Assembly (NCBI GenBank): GCA_000092065.1 | Contig: CP000584.1 | From: Ostreococcus lucimarinus | Taxonomy: Eukaryota | DNA length: 64,000 nucleotides | Reading direction: 5' to 3' (one strand) | Shown: positions 28,091 to 38,664 of the stretch, piece after piece | Numbering within the stretch: position 1 is the stretch's first letter | Layout: every line of letters starts with the position of its first letter | Made by a program: the position numbers and the translations under genes | Notes under the pieces: model-generated | The model's input: the letters and a program-made list of their open reading frames with translations, nothing else | The model's database searches: none | Told to the model about the DNA's origin: nothing

Positions 28091-31000
28091 TCATCGCGCG
28101 GCGTTCAGGTAAAGTCTGTATTGCTCGCGTCGGCGCTCTTCAATTTGTTCTTGACCGCGACGACGGTACTCTTTGAGATCGCGGCACCTGGGCACGGGGC
28201 AGTCGTCCTCCATGCATCCCTTAGAATGAATTTGCAACAGCGTCCACGTTTTACGGCAGAGCTGGCACCCGCCTGCTGATTTGACCGTGCAGCTCAAGGC
28301 GTGCTTGAGCAAGTGTTTGATTTTCGGGCAGTTGCTGTTTTCGCATCGTTCTTTGCGGCATTTGCACGCGTGGAGCAAGAGTTCCATGGTTCGCTCGATC
28401 TGCGCCGCGCGGTTCTCGCGCTCGGCTTGAGACAACGCCGTGCGATCTCCGGCGGTACGACCTTGTCGCATGAGGGGGTGCTGGTGACCAGTTCTGATGC
28501 GGCAGTTGTCGCAAATATCGAAATCGGGGCACGTCTCGCAGCGCCAACCCTTTCCGGGCTCGAGCTCGCGTGAACAAACGTTGCATGATGCGACGAATGC
28601 AGGCTCAGATGGATTGTTCAAGTGATACAGCACCATCATGGTCGTATGTTTGGCGCGACGAAGCGAGTCGAACTGGAAGTGATTGCCTTGGCACAAGGAC
28701 AGGAACGCTTGACGTGTGTCAAAGAATTCGCTCTCGAGCTTTTCCTCCTCGTCCTTCTGTTCCTTCGTCAGCGTGGGAATTTCCTCACACTTTTCGCACT
28801 CGAGCTTGCGGCCAGCGTAACGTTTTTCGTTCTCTGGCATCGCATCTTCAGTCTCCTTGCATTCTTCGCAAAGCACCAAGGGTGTGCCTTCCGTCGCGTA
28901 ATAGCGGTTGGCACCGGCGATGGTTCTGCGGCAGCACAAACATTGGTGCGCAAGATGGGCGAGCATGAAGTCGTTTCTCATGTTGCTGATCGTCGTCCCG
29001 AGCTTCTTCATTAGTTCTTTATTCAGTTCAGCGTCAGCGGCGATCGTGCCACTCTTTGCCTTGGCCGCCTTGCGCGCGCTGATCTTAACCGTGGACGACT
29101 TTGTCTTCGCCTCGATGTTCTTTGCCTCCTCGAGTTCCTTCATGATGGTCGGTATCCAATCTTCCGCAATGCCGGAGAAGTAATCACCATCGAAATACGG
29201 ATACTCAGTGGCGCATCGAATATCGTGATTTTGATTGCCGAGTCGGAATTCATCGTACACGTTCGAAGTTGAAATGACGATGCCATCCTTCTGCGCCGAG
29301 CGCAACATCTTGAGGTACCACTCACGAAGCTTGTCAGCCTTTGGCGTCTTTTGCACCTTGGGGTGACAGTACAGAATGTAATCGTCTCCTTGGAACGGCG
29401 GACACGCCCAAATAAAGCACGACGTGAAGCCGCGCTGTTTGACATAGTCCAGGTACGCAATCAGAATGTTGTGATAGACGTACGTGCGCAACGCGCAGTT
29501 TTCGCCCGTGGCCACGGTGACGTTGTCCGGTCGGAAGTACTTGACAGAGTCCAAATACGAGAGGTAAATTCTTCGCCGGTTCGGTTCAGGGCACTCGTCA
29601 TCATACTCTTGCACATAAATAGCCATCAAACACACATCGGTGGCCTCAAGCTTTTGGAACAGGAGGATGACGCGCGAACGGTAAGTAAAGTGCGCCGGAA
29701 TGCCCTGTTCTTTGAAGTGGGCGTAGTAGTGCGGCTTGGTGTCCATTTGTTTGAGTGTTTGAGACACAACACGAATGGTCAAGTTCTCAGCGGTCGGGAC
29801 GTTTTCTATGGGTACGCCCAACTGCTTCGCGCGCTCCACGCGTTCCGCCGAGAGCTTCGACGCGAGGCGTTCTTCCAAAAACGTCGACATCTTTGTCTTC
29901 GGTAACGAGCTCGCCGGCTGTTGTGAAGACGGACGTTCAGCAGTAACTTGACGTTCGTTCTTATCCAACTGCGATAAGATGCAGTTTGGACACGTGAATG
30001 GCGCTTCACCGCCTTCATTGCGTCTACCGTTGAAAAGAACGCAGAGTTGGTGATACCAATCCTCGCAGTAGTCGCATTGCACCCATGGCTCCTCGAGATC
30101 GTCGTCGTTCTTCTTCTTGATGAGCGTCGCTTTCGGAAACCGTTGACCCTCGACATCGACATACCCTTGGATGGCGTTGAAGCACGGGTTACACCACGCA
30201 TCTCTTCGAGTCTCGCCCCCGAGGCTAGGCATCTGGTGGAATACTTGTCCGCGCTTGATGCGACCGACGCAACTGTAGCAGTAAAGCGGCGGTGGTTCGA
30301 ACGTCAATCGTTCAACGCCGCATGCACGGCACGAACTTTCTGTCGCGTTGATCACCGCCCGCTCAGCTTCCTTCTGAAGCTGACGAGCGCTCGGTTGACC
30401 TTGACCTTGCACCTTTTCCTTGTCGGCGAGACGCAAGGCGGCGAGATGCGTACGGATTTCTTCCGGAGTGAAGCACTCCATTAACGACGTCCCTTCGCCA
30501 CCTGGCTTGCGATCCGTTTTCAAACCGCTCGTACCCTTCACCATGAGTTGACCACGATCGAGATCGTGATCGAGCTTCATTCTCTTGTTGCCGTGCGCCA
30601 TTTGCATTTGCGCCTGTTGACGCTGCTTGAGCATGGCGTTGCGCACGGGACCGCACACCGGACACCCAGCGTCCTTGCACGTCTGATGATGCTTCAACAA
30701 CTCACGCGACGCCAAACATCGAGGATAGTTGCACTGCGTCAGCGTACACTTCAACACGTGCTCCCACAACTGCTTCGCGACGTGACAGTGCGGCGTGTAG
30801 GGGCAGTGCCCGTGTCGCGCCTGACACTTGCTCGCGTGTCGAAGGAAGAGAAGCCATCGTTGCTGTTTCACGATGTACGCCTTTCGTAACTGCTCGTCAT
30901 TGATGTCTCGCCAATTAGCAACGACACCACCCCCACCACTACCCGGTTGCTGGCGCCCGCGCATCGCCGCCTGTTGCTGTTGGGCCATCTGTTGCTGTTG

Positions 31001-31940
31001 CGCGAGCTGCTTCGCCTGCGCCGCCTGCTGCGCCTTGGTGAGCTTTTTACCCTTCGGCGGCGCCTTAGCTCGTCCCTTGGGCGCCGCCGCCGTCGCTGCC
31101 TCAGGCATCATCGAACCCACACCCTGCGTCGGAATCATCGTCCCAGGTGGCACGCCGGCCATCATTTGCGAAGATCCTCCCGCGTATTGCGATCCTTGCG
31201 CCGCCGCCGCGCCGCGCAAAATCGGCGCCCCATTCGGTAACATACCGTTACCCCCCATCATCTGTCCCGCCGCGGGTTGCGCCATATTCCCCCCTAATCC
31301 CCCTGGGAACAACGCTCCCATCTGCTGACGCGAAGCCGCCGCAGCGCTCCCGCCTCCTCTTCCGCCCTGTTGCGCGCCTTGACGAGAAATCATGATGCGC
31401 GCGACGGCTTGAAGTCGCGCCTCCAACGTCGCCTTGTCGCAATACTCATCCTACGATCGCAAAAACACCCCCACAATCCAACCGTCAGTCCTCGAACGTC
31501 ATCACCCGCGCGCGCGCGCGCCTCAACCGCCTCGTTCGTCGCGCGCGCCGATCGAAACCGCGCACCTTGCTCCGCGCTCCGCGATACACCGCCTCCTCCA
31601 ATCGCAGCACAAAGTCCGGTAGCTTGTGTTTCCACTCGTTCGTCAATTCCGGTTTCCTTTGTTTAAACACTCGCAATCTGCGCACCGTTCGCGCGTCCAC
31701 GCCGTCGTCAGTCGTCCCTTCGCCTGAGCGCGCGTTCGCGCGCGTCTTCGCGACCTAAGCCTCGTCCGCGAGATCCGCGTTCGCGCCTCCCCCCCCCGCG
31801 TCGCCTCGCGCGCCGTTCGCCTTCGCGACGCACATGTGTTGAATCAGAATCTTCCTCTGCGGGATGTCGTCGTCCGATTGCCACGTGCGCCACGAGTGCT
31901 TCGCCCCCCCGCCGTCGCTCGCGCCGTTCGCGCCCGGCAT
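28091..31940 (-). CDS. HAC: Histone acetyltransferase of the CBP/p300 (plant HAC) family; 3 exons (31940..31834, 31677..31566, 31450..28091)
   Basis: TAZ1 is RWLLFLRHASKCQ...CPVCGPV and the PHD finger is WVQCDYCEDWYHQLCV...FTCPNC. The KAT11 core reads YLSYLDSVKYFRP...RTYVYHNILIAYLDYVKQRGFTSCFIWACPP.QGDDYILYCHP. Two ZZ fingers and TAZ2 (LLLHACKCRKERCENSNCPKIKHLLKHALSC) follow. Two 5' mini-exons, found by splice signals, encode a KIX-like domain. Confidence 0.9.
31451..31565 (-). other. Spliceosomal intron (GT-AG, 115 nt, phase 0), HAC intron 2
   Basis: Minus-strand donor ...AGC AAG|GTGCGCGGT (GT at 31565-31564). Branch-like GAGGACTGACGGT. Acceptor TCGTAG| (AG at 31452-31451). The junction joins ...YRGARSK to DEYCDKATLEARLQ. 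Confidence 0.75.
31678..31833 (-). other. Spliceosomal intron (GT-AG, 156 nt, phase 2), HAC intron 1
   Basis: Donor ...CAA CAC AT|GTGCGTCGC (GT at 31833-31832). Branch-like GACGACTGACGAC. Acceptor GTGCGCAG|A (AG at 31679-31678). AT+A makes an Ile codon, giving ...RKILIQH-I-LRVFKQRKPE. Confidence 0.7.
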
Positions 31941-32233
31941 TCGAACGCCCCGCGCCTTGTGCGGATTGACCTCGACCGACCGCGGTCGCGCGTGTGGGCA
32001 AACAGTCACGCGCGATCGTCGTCGCGCGTCCCGCGGGTCGCGATCGCGCGGCGCGCGCGCGTCGTCGCGCGTCCCGCGACCGCGCGTCGGCCCGTCGCGA
32101 TCGCGCGCGCGATGCGGCACGCGTTCGGCCGGCGCGCGCGCGCTCGCTCGAGGGCGTCGAGCGTCGCTCGCCGCTCTGACGCGGCGCGATCGCAGACGCG
32201 CGGGATTCGCGCGCGCGAATAGGGTCTAGGGCG

Positions 32234-33679
32234 ATGGCGCGCCGAACGCGACCGACCGAATGCGAATCGACGCGCGCACACGACGACGCGCGGCGCGCGC
32301 GCGACGCGCGACGACCGAGGGTCCGAGCGACGCTTTCGAGCGACGCGCGGCGCGCGCGCGACGCGCGACGGCGACGCGCGGCGATGGCGCGCGCGATGAC
32401 GACGCGGGGCGCGGTGGCGACGGGGCTCGACGGACGCCGCGGCGACGCGAAGACGCGCGCGCGTCGGCGCGGGGGGGGGCGAACGGCGACCGCGCGAGGC
32501 GGGACGGACGCGCGGACGCGCGAGGGGGCGGGAGGGACGCGGGCGCGAGGTTGGGAGGGGACGCGCGCGAGCGCGCGGGACGCGCGGACGGGCGAGGACG
32601 CGGCGCGACGGGCGAGGACGCGGGCGGTGATCGGGGCGCGCGAGCGGTGGGGCGATGGCGCGCGCGGGCGAGGGTGGGGCGCGCGCGTCGAGAGCGCGGC
32701 GTCGGACGCCGCGGTGGGCGAGGGCGAGCGAAAGCCGACGAAGGGGAAGGGGGTGTCGAATTTGTTGAAGCGAACCGTGAGCTCTCTCTTCATGGTCGCC
32801 GTGGGCGGGGTGGTGATCTTCGCCGGTGGGTGGCCATGGGCGCTGGCGATGGCGCTCTTCAACGGCGCGTCGTGCGTGGAATACTTTGGAATGGTGCGAG
32901 AGATGAATAAGGAGCTTCCGTATCCGCCGCCGGAGTGGTGCATTAATTTATGCGTCGCGGCGTGCGCTTCGTTACCAGTTCTCCTGCACGCCACGGGGGG
33001 TAAGATGACGTCCATCATCGTCGCCACGGTGATTTCGTTCACCGCGATCTGCGCCGCGCTCATCGTGAACGAAGAGTCCCACTTTAACGAGTTTACGTCG
33101 TCTCTGTTTGGCTTGATTTATTGCGGCTTCTTGCCGACGTTTTGGGTCAAGCTTCGCGGCATGAGCGGCGTCTCGCTAGCCACTCCGGACAGTTTGCTTC
33201 ATCACTGGCCCGCTTGGCTCGGTGGTCCGGGGATTTGGACCCTCGGCCTCGCGGCGACGATCACCATCGTGCTCTCCGTCGTGAGCGCGGACGTCGGGGC
33301 GTACGCGTTTGGCAAAAACTTTGGTAAAAACAAACTCACGGCGGTAAGCCCGAATAAGACGGTCGAAGGCGCGATCGGCGGGTTGTTGGCTTGCGCGGGG
33401 ACGTGCGCGGCTTTGTTTTCAGTCATGGGGTGGCCTGGAACCGCGTGGCAAGGCGCGTTTTTGGGCGTCACGGTGTTCTTCACCTCCGTCTTTGGCGATC
33501 TCCTCGAGAGCGTGATGAAGAGAAATGCGACGATGAAGGACAGTGGGAATCTGATTCCGGGTCACGGCGGCTTGCTCGATCGATTTGATTCGTACATTTT
33601 CACCGGGAGTGTGACGTACTTCTTTGTCATCGCCGTCCTCGGCGGTTTCCGAAGAGTCTTTTCGGTTGGATATTACTAA
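32234..33679 (+). CDS. Phosphatidate cytidylyltransferase (CDP-diacylglycerol synthase) with long Arg/Gly-rich N-terminal extension
   Basis: The C-terminal signature is FGDLLESVMKRNATMKDSGNLIPGHGGLLDRFDS (S..KR....KD.....PGHGG..DR.D). Multiple TM spans and KNKLTAVSPNKTVEGAIGG are present. The start is uncertain: ATG at 32234 or 32384 (MARAMTTRG). Confidence 0.85.
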   Translation: MARRTRPTECESTRAHDDARRARDARRPRVRATLSSDARRARDARRRRAAMARAMTTRGAVATGLDGRRGDAKTRARRRGGGRTATARGGTDARTREGAGGTRARGWEGTRASARDARTGEDAARRARTRAVIGARERWGDGARGRGWGARVESAASDAAVGEGERKPTKGKGVSNLLKRTVSSLFMVAVGGVVIFAGGWPWALAMALFNGASCVEYFGMVREMNKELPYPPPEWCINLCVAACASLPVLLHATGGKMTSIIVATVISFTAICAALIVNEESHFNEFTSSLFGLIYCGFLPTFWVKLRGMSGVSLATPDSLLHHWPAWLGGPGIWTLGLAATITIVLSVVSADVGAYAFGKNFGKNKLTAVSPNKTVEGAIGGLLACAGTCAALFSVMGWPGTAWQGAFLGVTVFFTSVFGDLLESVMKRNATMKDSGNLIPGHGGLLDRFDSYIFTGSVTYFFVIAVLGGFRRVFSVGYY

Positions 33680-33811
33680 AGCGCGGCAAATACATCAAAT
33701 ACATCATCCATGGCGGCGTCCGTCGCGCCCGTCGCGAAGATGTCACACATCTAGACTCGTACTAATAACCCTATTGTAGTTGTAACATCCGACTAATAAC
33801 GAAAAGGACTT

Positions 33812-34564
33812 CTATCCCTTTCGCGGCGTCGCCTCGATGACAAACGTGGTGCCGAGATGGTGCGTCGATTTTTCCACAATTTCCAACCCCGCGTCTTCGA
33901 TTAGCTTCAAAATGTCCCTATTCCAGTAACATCCCCATCGTCGCGCGTGTGCATCGGCGAAATGATCCAGAATATTACTCAACCAGCCGTACTCGCTTCG
34001 TCCGTGCTCGAGCAACAACACCCGACCGCCGTCTCGCTTAACGACGCGCTTCATCTCTCGCAACGCCCCCACCGCGTCCTCGTAACTGCACAACCCAAAC
34101 GTATCCACCACGGTATCCACGCTTCCCGTCTTCACATTCATCCTTTGCGCGTCTCCTCGCGTCACGATCGCCTCTCGCACCGTCGTCCCGCCGTCGCGCG
34201 TCCGCAGCTTCGCGCGCGCCTCCTCCACCATCCCATCGCACGCGTCCATCGCCAGCAGCGTGCGCACTTTTTTCGGGTCATAATACGAAAAGTTCCTTCC
34301 CGTACCGCACGCCACCTCCAACACGTCGCCGCGGGCGCCGTACGCGAGCGACGCGCGCATGTTTTCGATGCCGGACCAGTATTCACTGGACCTCACGGCG
34401 TCGTCAAAGGTTTTCGCCTCGCGATCGTACGCCGCGTCGCGCGCGCGCGCGTCGACGCGCTCGCAATCGCACGCGCGTCCACCGAGCGCGGCACCGTAGC
34501 CGACGACGACGCCCGCGCACGCGACGCCGGTCGCGAACGCGGAGGCGACGAGGCGAGGAAACAT
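33812..34564 (-). CDS. Class I SAM-dependent methyltransferase (Methyltransf_11 / UbiE-like)
   Basis: Motif I is VLEVACGTGRNFSYY and the post-I acidic residue is in LLAMDACDGM. Further matches are VDTVVDTFGLCS and GGRVLLLEHGRS. ATG at 34564 (MFPRLVASAFATGVACAGVVVGY) gives a hydrophobic N-terminal anchor. Upstream track sequence is Arg-rich shadow. Confidence 0.8.
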   Translation of the reverse strand: MFPRLVASAFATGVACAGVVVGYGAALGGRACDCERVDARARDAAYDREAKTFDDAVRSSEYWSGIENMRASLAYGARGDVLEVACGTGRNFSYYDPKKVRTLLAMDACDGMVEEARAKLRTRDGGTTVREAIVTRGDAQRMNVKTGSVDTVVDTFGLCSYEDAVGALREMKRVVKRDGGRVLLLEHGRSEYGWLSNILDHFADAHARRWGCYWNRDILKLIEDAGLEIVEKSTHHLGTTFVIEATPRKG

Positions 34565-34610
34565 CCGCGCGACGACGTGTGACGCCAGAGCGCCGCGCGG
34601 CGTCGACGCG

Positions 34611-34650
34611 ACGACGCGCGACGACGCGCGACGACGCGCGACGACGCGCG
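34611..34650. repeat. 10-bp tandem repeat (ACGACGCGCG x4)
   Basis: Four perfect copies in the GC-rich spacer between the methyltransferase ATG (34564) and TERT. Confidence 0.9.
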
Positions 34651-35026
34651 ACGCGCGATGTCGCGCAAGCGACCGCGCGCGACGCGCGATACGAGCGACG
34701 ACGACGCGCATCTCTCGACGGTGGTTCAAAAATCATCTTTGCAAACGGCGCGCGCGACGACGCGAAACGGCGCGAAGCGGGCGCGACGAGACGCGACGGG
34801 ACGAAAAGTGCGCGCGCGGGGGAAGTCGTCGACGGCGCCGTTGGCGCTGGCGGTGACGCACGATCGCGTGCGGACGCTGGAGGTGCGATGATTAGACGAT
34901 TGGGATGGGCGTTCGAGGCGACGGCGGCGCGCGGGTGCCCGGTTTGACGCGAGAGAACGCGCGCGCGCGAAGAGACTGACGAAGGCGCGCTGGCGTCGAG
35001 ATCGCGGACAGGAGCTAGTGGAGGAG

Positions 35027-38000
35027 ATGTGCGCGCGAAGCGGGCGACCGCAGCCGGTGTTGCGGAGGGTTGGGGACGAGGGCGCGTACGCGAACGCGCT
35101 GTTACGATCGACGTACGCGTTCGCGCCGGATTCTGCGCCAACGTTTTCGGGTAGAGGAGGCGAGCGTAGGGGTGGTGTGATGGATACCGTGCGCGCAGCG
35201 ATCGAGCATTCATTTCGCGCGTCGGCGAATCCGCGGAATGTGTTGTGTAAGGGGATGTGCCGACGCGTTGAGCGACGTGACGGCGGCGTTCGAGGCGCGC
35301 TTTTGAGCGGTTCGACAGAGGTGAGCGTGCGGTGCTCGACGAGCGCGTACGAGGCGTTCAAGTCACCGGTATGGGAAACATTTTGTGATAGAGTGGGAGA
35401 CGACATGTTTCTGCACATTTTATTGTACTGCAGCGTGTTTGTGAGAGTCGGTACGGACAGAGACACGCCGTTGTTGCAGATTTGTGGCTACCCGATGAAT
35501 GACTCCTCGCGCAAGCGGGCCATAACGACCGCGATGGCTACGAGTAAGACGCGAGCGGGAATTCGACGCGAACGGAGGGCGCGAAAGCGACGCCAAGATG
35601 AAGAGGCGGCAGAGAATTGCGCGTTGGAGACCGATTCCACCATGCTTGAGTCGAAGTGCATGTCCGAAAAGCCGCTCACCGCGAACCCATTCATTTCGCA
35701 CATCGACGTGAAGGAAGTCATTCGATTGAGCGACGTCTATCGTTGTTCACAAGATGTCTCAGTCGACGGGGATGGCGAGACTAGTGGACTGACGAGCGAG
35801 GAGGTGACTTTGTCGCCTGCCTCGACGGAATATCTGCAAACGTCGAGAAAGCGCTCGAAGTCGTACAGAAAGCCGAGTTGGCTTCGTAAGCGTGAAGCGC
35901 GGCTGAACTCAACGCATGCTCAGAGTTTGCGGACGCGAGAAGTGAAGCAAATGACCGCCGGCAACATCGTGAATCGACAAAAGAATGCGAGTTTGGGTAA
36001 CGAGGTGAAACTTGCTGACGAGGTCTTCGATCGAGGGGTGTTCATGTTTCGTTCAAGCTTCACGAAGAAACCAGGCTTGCCGGCGACGCATACTCTGCGA
36101 TCGATCGGCTTGGGCGTCCGCGCATCAAGGCGCCTTTACCTGACGATATTTAAGGCAAAAAAGCTTACGAAGGCTACATCGAAGCACAAGACAGATCGCG
36201 CTTTGCGGCAGGCAAAGAGTACGTATAGAATTCCGCAAAAGCACCGCGACACACTTTTACCGACGTTGCGGGCGATGTTGGACAAGGTTCGATGTTGCCC
36301 ATTCACGAACATCCTCAACAAGCACGCTCCCATGCCGCGTGAGCTAATGGTCTCCACGAAACGAGTCGGTGAATTGAGTCAAGCGTCGCTGTTATCTGCG
36401 TATACGGCACCACGAAGAGTAGCCGCCTTTGTTTGGGAAGTCATTGAGCGCCTCGTGCCCGTCGAACTCTTGGGGTCGGTCCAAACACGAAAAAGCCTGT
36501 ACGGTTGCATTCGCCGAATTGTGTCGTTGCGAAGATACGAGCGGTTTACTTTGCATGAAGTCATGCAAGGCATCCGAACGGCAGACTTCAAGTGTTTCAA
36601 GGCGAAAACGACCAATGCGAGTAACGCAGGACAGGTGGAGGCGAGTCAGCGGAGAATGGTCACCAAATGGATCAGCTGGCTCGTGCAAGAGATGGTCTTC
36701 CCAATCATACGATGTCATTTCTACGCCACGGATACGCAAACACACAAAAATAGGATATTCTTTTACCGGAAAGGGATTTGGTCTCGGCTCGTCACCGCCA
36801 CACTACAAAGCTTGGAAGAAACGTCGTTCAAGCGCCTCACGGCGAAGGAAGTGACAGCGATGATGGATAGATCGAATGCGTCCAACTTGGGGTTTTCGAA
36901 CATGCGATTTTTACCGAAAGGCTCGGGGTTACGACCTCTAGCGACGCTGAACAAACCGACGACCTTTGTCGTCAAGGGCGGCGGGAAGAATTCAATGCGG
37001 TGGTTGAAGAAATTCGATGCGATAAACAGACGGTTGAAAGACGTGCAGGATATTCTCCACCACGAGACAGTTCGAGATCCGAACGTCTTAGGCGCAGCCG
37101 TCGGAGATTATAAGGCGGCTCTTCTTCGTCTTGGACCGTGTCTACGCGCGATTCGTCGCCAAAAGTTACTTGGACGGCGTCCTCAGGCGTACATTCTCGC
37201 GACTGACATTAAAGGCGCTTTCGATAATCTTCCGCTCGAATCTCTCGAGCGCGTGGCCTTGGACCTAATCTCAAGCTCATCATATCAAACGCTTCATTAT
37301 GCCGTCGTGAAACAAAACGGTGAGGCAAAATATAAAAAGTTGGTGTCTTCCCTTCCGACCGCGGCGAAAGGCGAAAGAGTGCCGGGACCTCTCGTGACTG
37401 AAGCGCAGCGCGTTTCGAACACCGGCGGTGCGGCGATTCTTGGTAGAGAGAGCAGAAACTCGATCGTCATTGACGCAGGATTCGCTAAGGAAATTTCCGA
37501 TGAAAACATAGTGCCGTTATTGCGCGCACATCTACGAGAAAACATCATCTCTGCGCGCGGCAAGTTCTTGTTACAAACCGTCGGAATCCCGCAGGGTTCG
37601 ATTGTATCTCCGCTTTTGTGCAGCCTATTTTACGGCCACCTCGAACACGAGTATGGATTATTGAGCGGTTTCTGTGGCGAGCAATCAACCGTGTGTCGAT
37701 GGATGGACGACATGCTTCTCGTCACCACCGATCTTGATCGGGCCAAAGCGTTCGTCGACATGTGTAAGAAAGGTTTCGAGGCGCACGGCTGCACTCTAAA
37801 CACCACAAAAACGCTTTCAAACTTCGACCACGGAGAAGACGTACGACAAAGGACATTTGTGAACGCGGATGGGCGAAGTTACATCCCGTGGTGCGGTATA
37901 TTAATCGATTGCCTAACGCTAGAAATAATGGTGGACTACTCGAGGTACTCGGGAGAATTCGTTCGAGAGTCGATGAATCTACCGCTCGGGCGCAAGGCGT

Positions 38001-38497
38001 GGACGCGTCTACCCGAACGCATTTGTGGCTTTTTGAAGCCAAAATGTGCGGCTATATTTTTCGACGAGAGTATCAACAGCAAAGTCACCGTGCGCGTCAA
38101 CGTCTACCAGCTCTTCCTCATGGCGGCGATGAAAACACACAGCTACGTCGCTGCGACGAGCGCGATTCCGGGATGCGAGCAAATCTCATCGCTTGCACTT
38201 TATCGCGCGATCAAGCACGCCGTTCGTTTCGGACAAATATTGATACAGCGTCAGAGTAGCAGCGCGCGCGCGCACTGCAGTAGCGTCGGGAGACTGCCGG
38301 ACTCGCACGTTGAATTTCTCGCTATCCAAGCCTTCTTGAAAGTCCTTCAACAAAAGCAGACGCGATACAAGCGAGTAATTCAGCTATTGAACTCGCGACT
38401 CACCTCACAAGGCATGAAACGAACGTGCAGAAACGGTCTGCTCACACAAGCGATGGAACCATCGCGAAACACGATTTTCACACATATTAGATTTTAG
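35027..38497 (+). CDS. TERT: Telomerase reverse transcriptase
   Basis: The T motif is FYATDTQTHKNRIFFYRKGIWSRL. RT motifs are LRFLPKGSGLRPLA (1/2), ATDIKGAFDNLP (A), LLQTVGIPQGSIVSPLLCSLFY (B'), RWMDDMLLVTTD (C), GCTLNTTKT (D) and WCGILID (E). A long N-terminal TEN/TRBD-like region is present. ATG at 35027; the track start at 35018 is a GTG. Confidence 0.9.
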   Translation: MCARSGRPQPVLRRVGDEGAYANALLRSTYAFAPDSAPTFSGRGGERRGGVMDTVRAAIEHSFRASANPRNVLCKGMCRRVERRDGGVRGALLSGSTEVSVRCSTSAYEAFKSPVWETFCDRVGDDMFLHILLYCSVFVRVGTDRDTPLLQICGYPMNDSSRKRAITTAMATSKTRAGIRRERRARKRRQDEEAAENCALETDSTMLESKCMSEKPLTANPFISHIDVKEVIRLSDVYRCSQDVSVDGDGETSGLTSEEVTLSPASTEYLQTSRKRSKSYRKPSWLRKREARLNSTHAQSLRTREVKQMTAGNIVNRQKNASLGNEVKLADEVFDRGVFMFRSSFTKKPGLPATHTLRSIGLGVRASRRLYLTIFKAKKLTKATSKHKTDRALRQAKSTYRIPQKHRDTLLPTLRAMLDKVRCCPFTNILNKHAPMPRELMVSTKRVGELSQASLLSAYTAPRRVAAFVWEVIERLVPVELLGSVQTRKSLYGCIRRIVSLRRYERFTLHEVMQGIRTADFKCFKAKTTNASNAGQVEASQRRMVTKWISWLVQEMVFPIIRCHFYATDTQTHKNRIFFYRKGIWSRLVTATLQSLEETSFKRLTAKEVTAMMDRSNASNLGFSNMRFLPKGSGLRPLATLNKPTTFVVKGGGKNSMRWLKKFDAINRRLKDVQDILHHETVRDPNVLGAAVGDYKAALLRLGPCLRAIRRQKLLGRRPQAYILATDIKGAFDNLPLESLERVALDLISSSSYQTLHYAVVKQNGEAKYKKLVSSLPTAAKGERVPGPLVTEAQRVSNTGGAAILGRESRNSIVIDAGFAKEISDENIVPLLRAHLRENIISARGKFLLQTVGIPQGSIVSPLLCSLFYGHLEHEYGLLSGFCGEQSTVCRWMDDMLLVTTDLDRAKAFVDMCKKGFEAHGCTLNTTKTLSNFDHGEDVRQRTFVNADGRSYIPWCGILIDCLTLEIMVDYSRYSGEFVRESMNLPLGRKAWTRLPERICGFLKPKCAAIFFDESINSKVTVRVNVYQLFLMAAMKTHSYVAATSAIPGCEQISSLALYRAIKHAVRFGQILIQRQSSSARAHCSSVGRLPDSHVEFLAIQAFLKVLQQKQTRYKRVIQLLNSRLTSQGMKRTCRNGLLTQAMEPSRNTIFTHIRF

Positions 38498-38563
38498 GAA
38501 CTCTTTCATAGTCAAACAAACATCTCCTGTACTCATCCTTCTACTGTACTCAACAACAACAAA

Positions 38564-38568
38564 TGTAA
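38564..38568 (+). promoter_or_regulatory. Candidate TGTAA polyadenylation signal
   Basis: TGTAA 67 nt after the TERT TAG stop (38495-38497). Confidence 0.35.
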
Positions 38569-38664
38569 ACATCGTCGTAAATTTTGATTCGTGGTTCGTC
38601 GTAGTCGTCGTCGAATCGATCGACGGTAAAAAACATTGCGAAAGCGTGATTCGCGGTGAAGCGC

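Noticed and set aside
31708-33063. Long Arg/Ala/Pro-rich ORFs in GC-rich DNA. Examples: 31708..33063(-) 451 aa, 1135..2070(+), 2342..3316(-), 6176..7096(-), 34404..35213(-), 40862..41596(-), 47603..48940(-), 50171..51067(-), 52443..53438(-), 56454..57548(+), 57970..59220(+), 58834..59508(-).
   Set aside because: Their composition is dominated by R/A/P/S from GCG/CGC/GAC repeats. They lie antisense to, or out of frame with, genes that carry clear conserved motifs, or they lie in 5' spacers. High GC suppresses stop codons in all frames. I saw no recognisable motifs in them.
36700-37950. Reverse-transcriptase motifs, considered as a possible retrotransposon (LINE/LTR)
   Set aside because: The telomerase-specific T motif is present, along with a long N-terminal TEN/TRBD-like region. 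There is no endonuclease, integrase, gag, LTR or target-site duplication. This is the cellular TERT gene.
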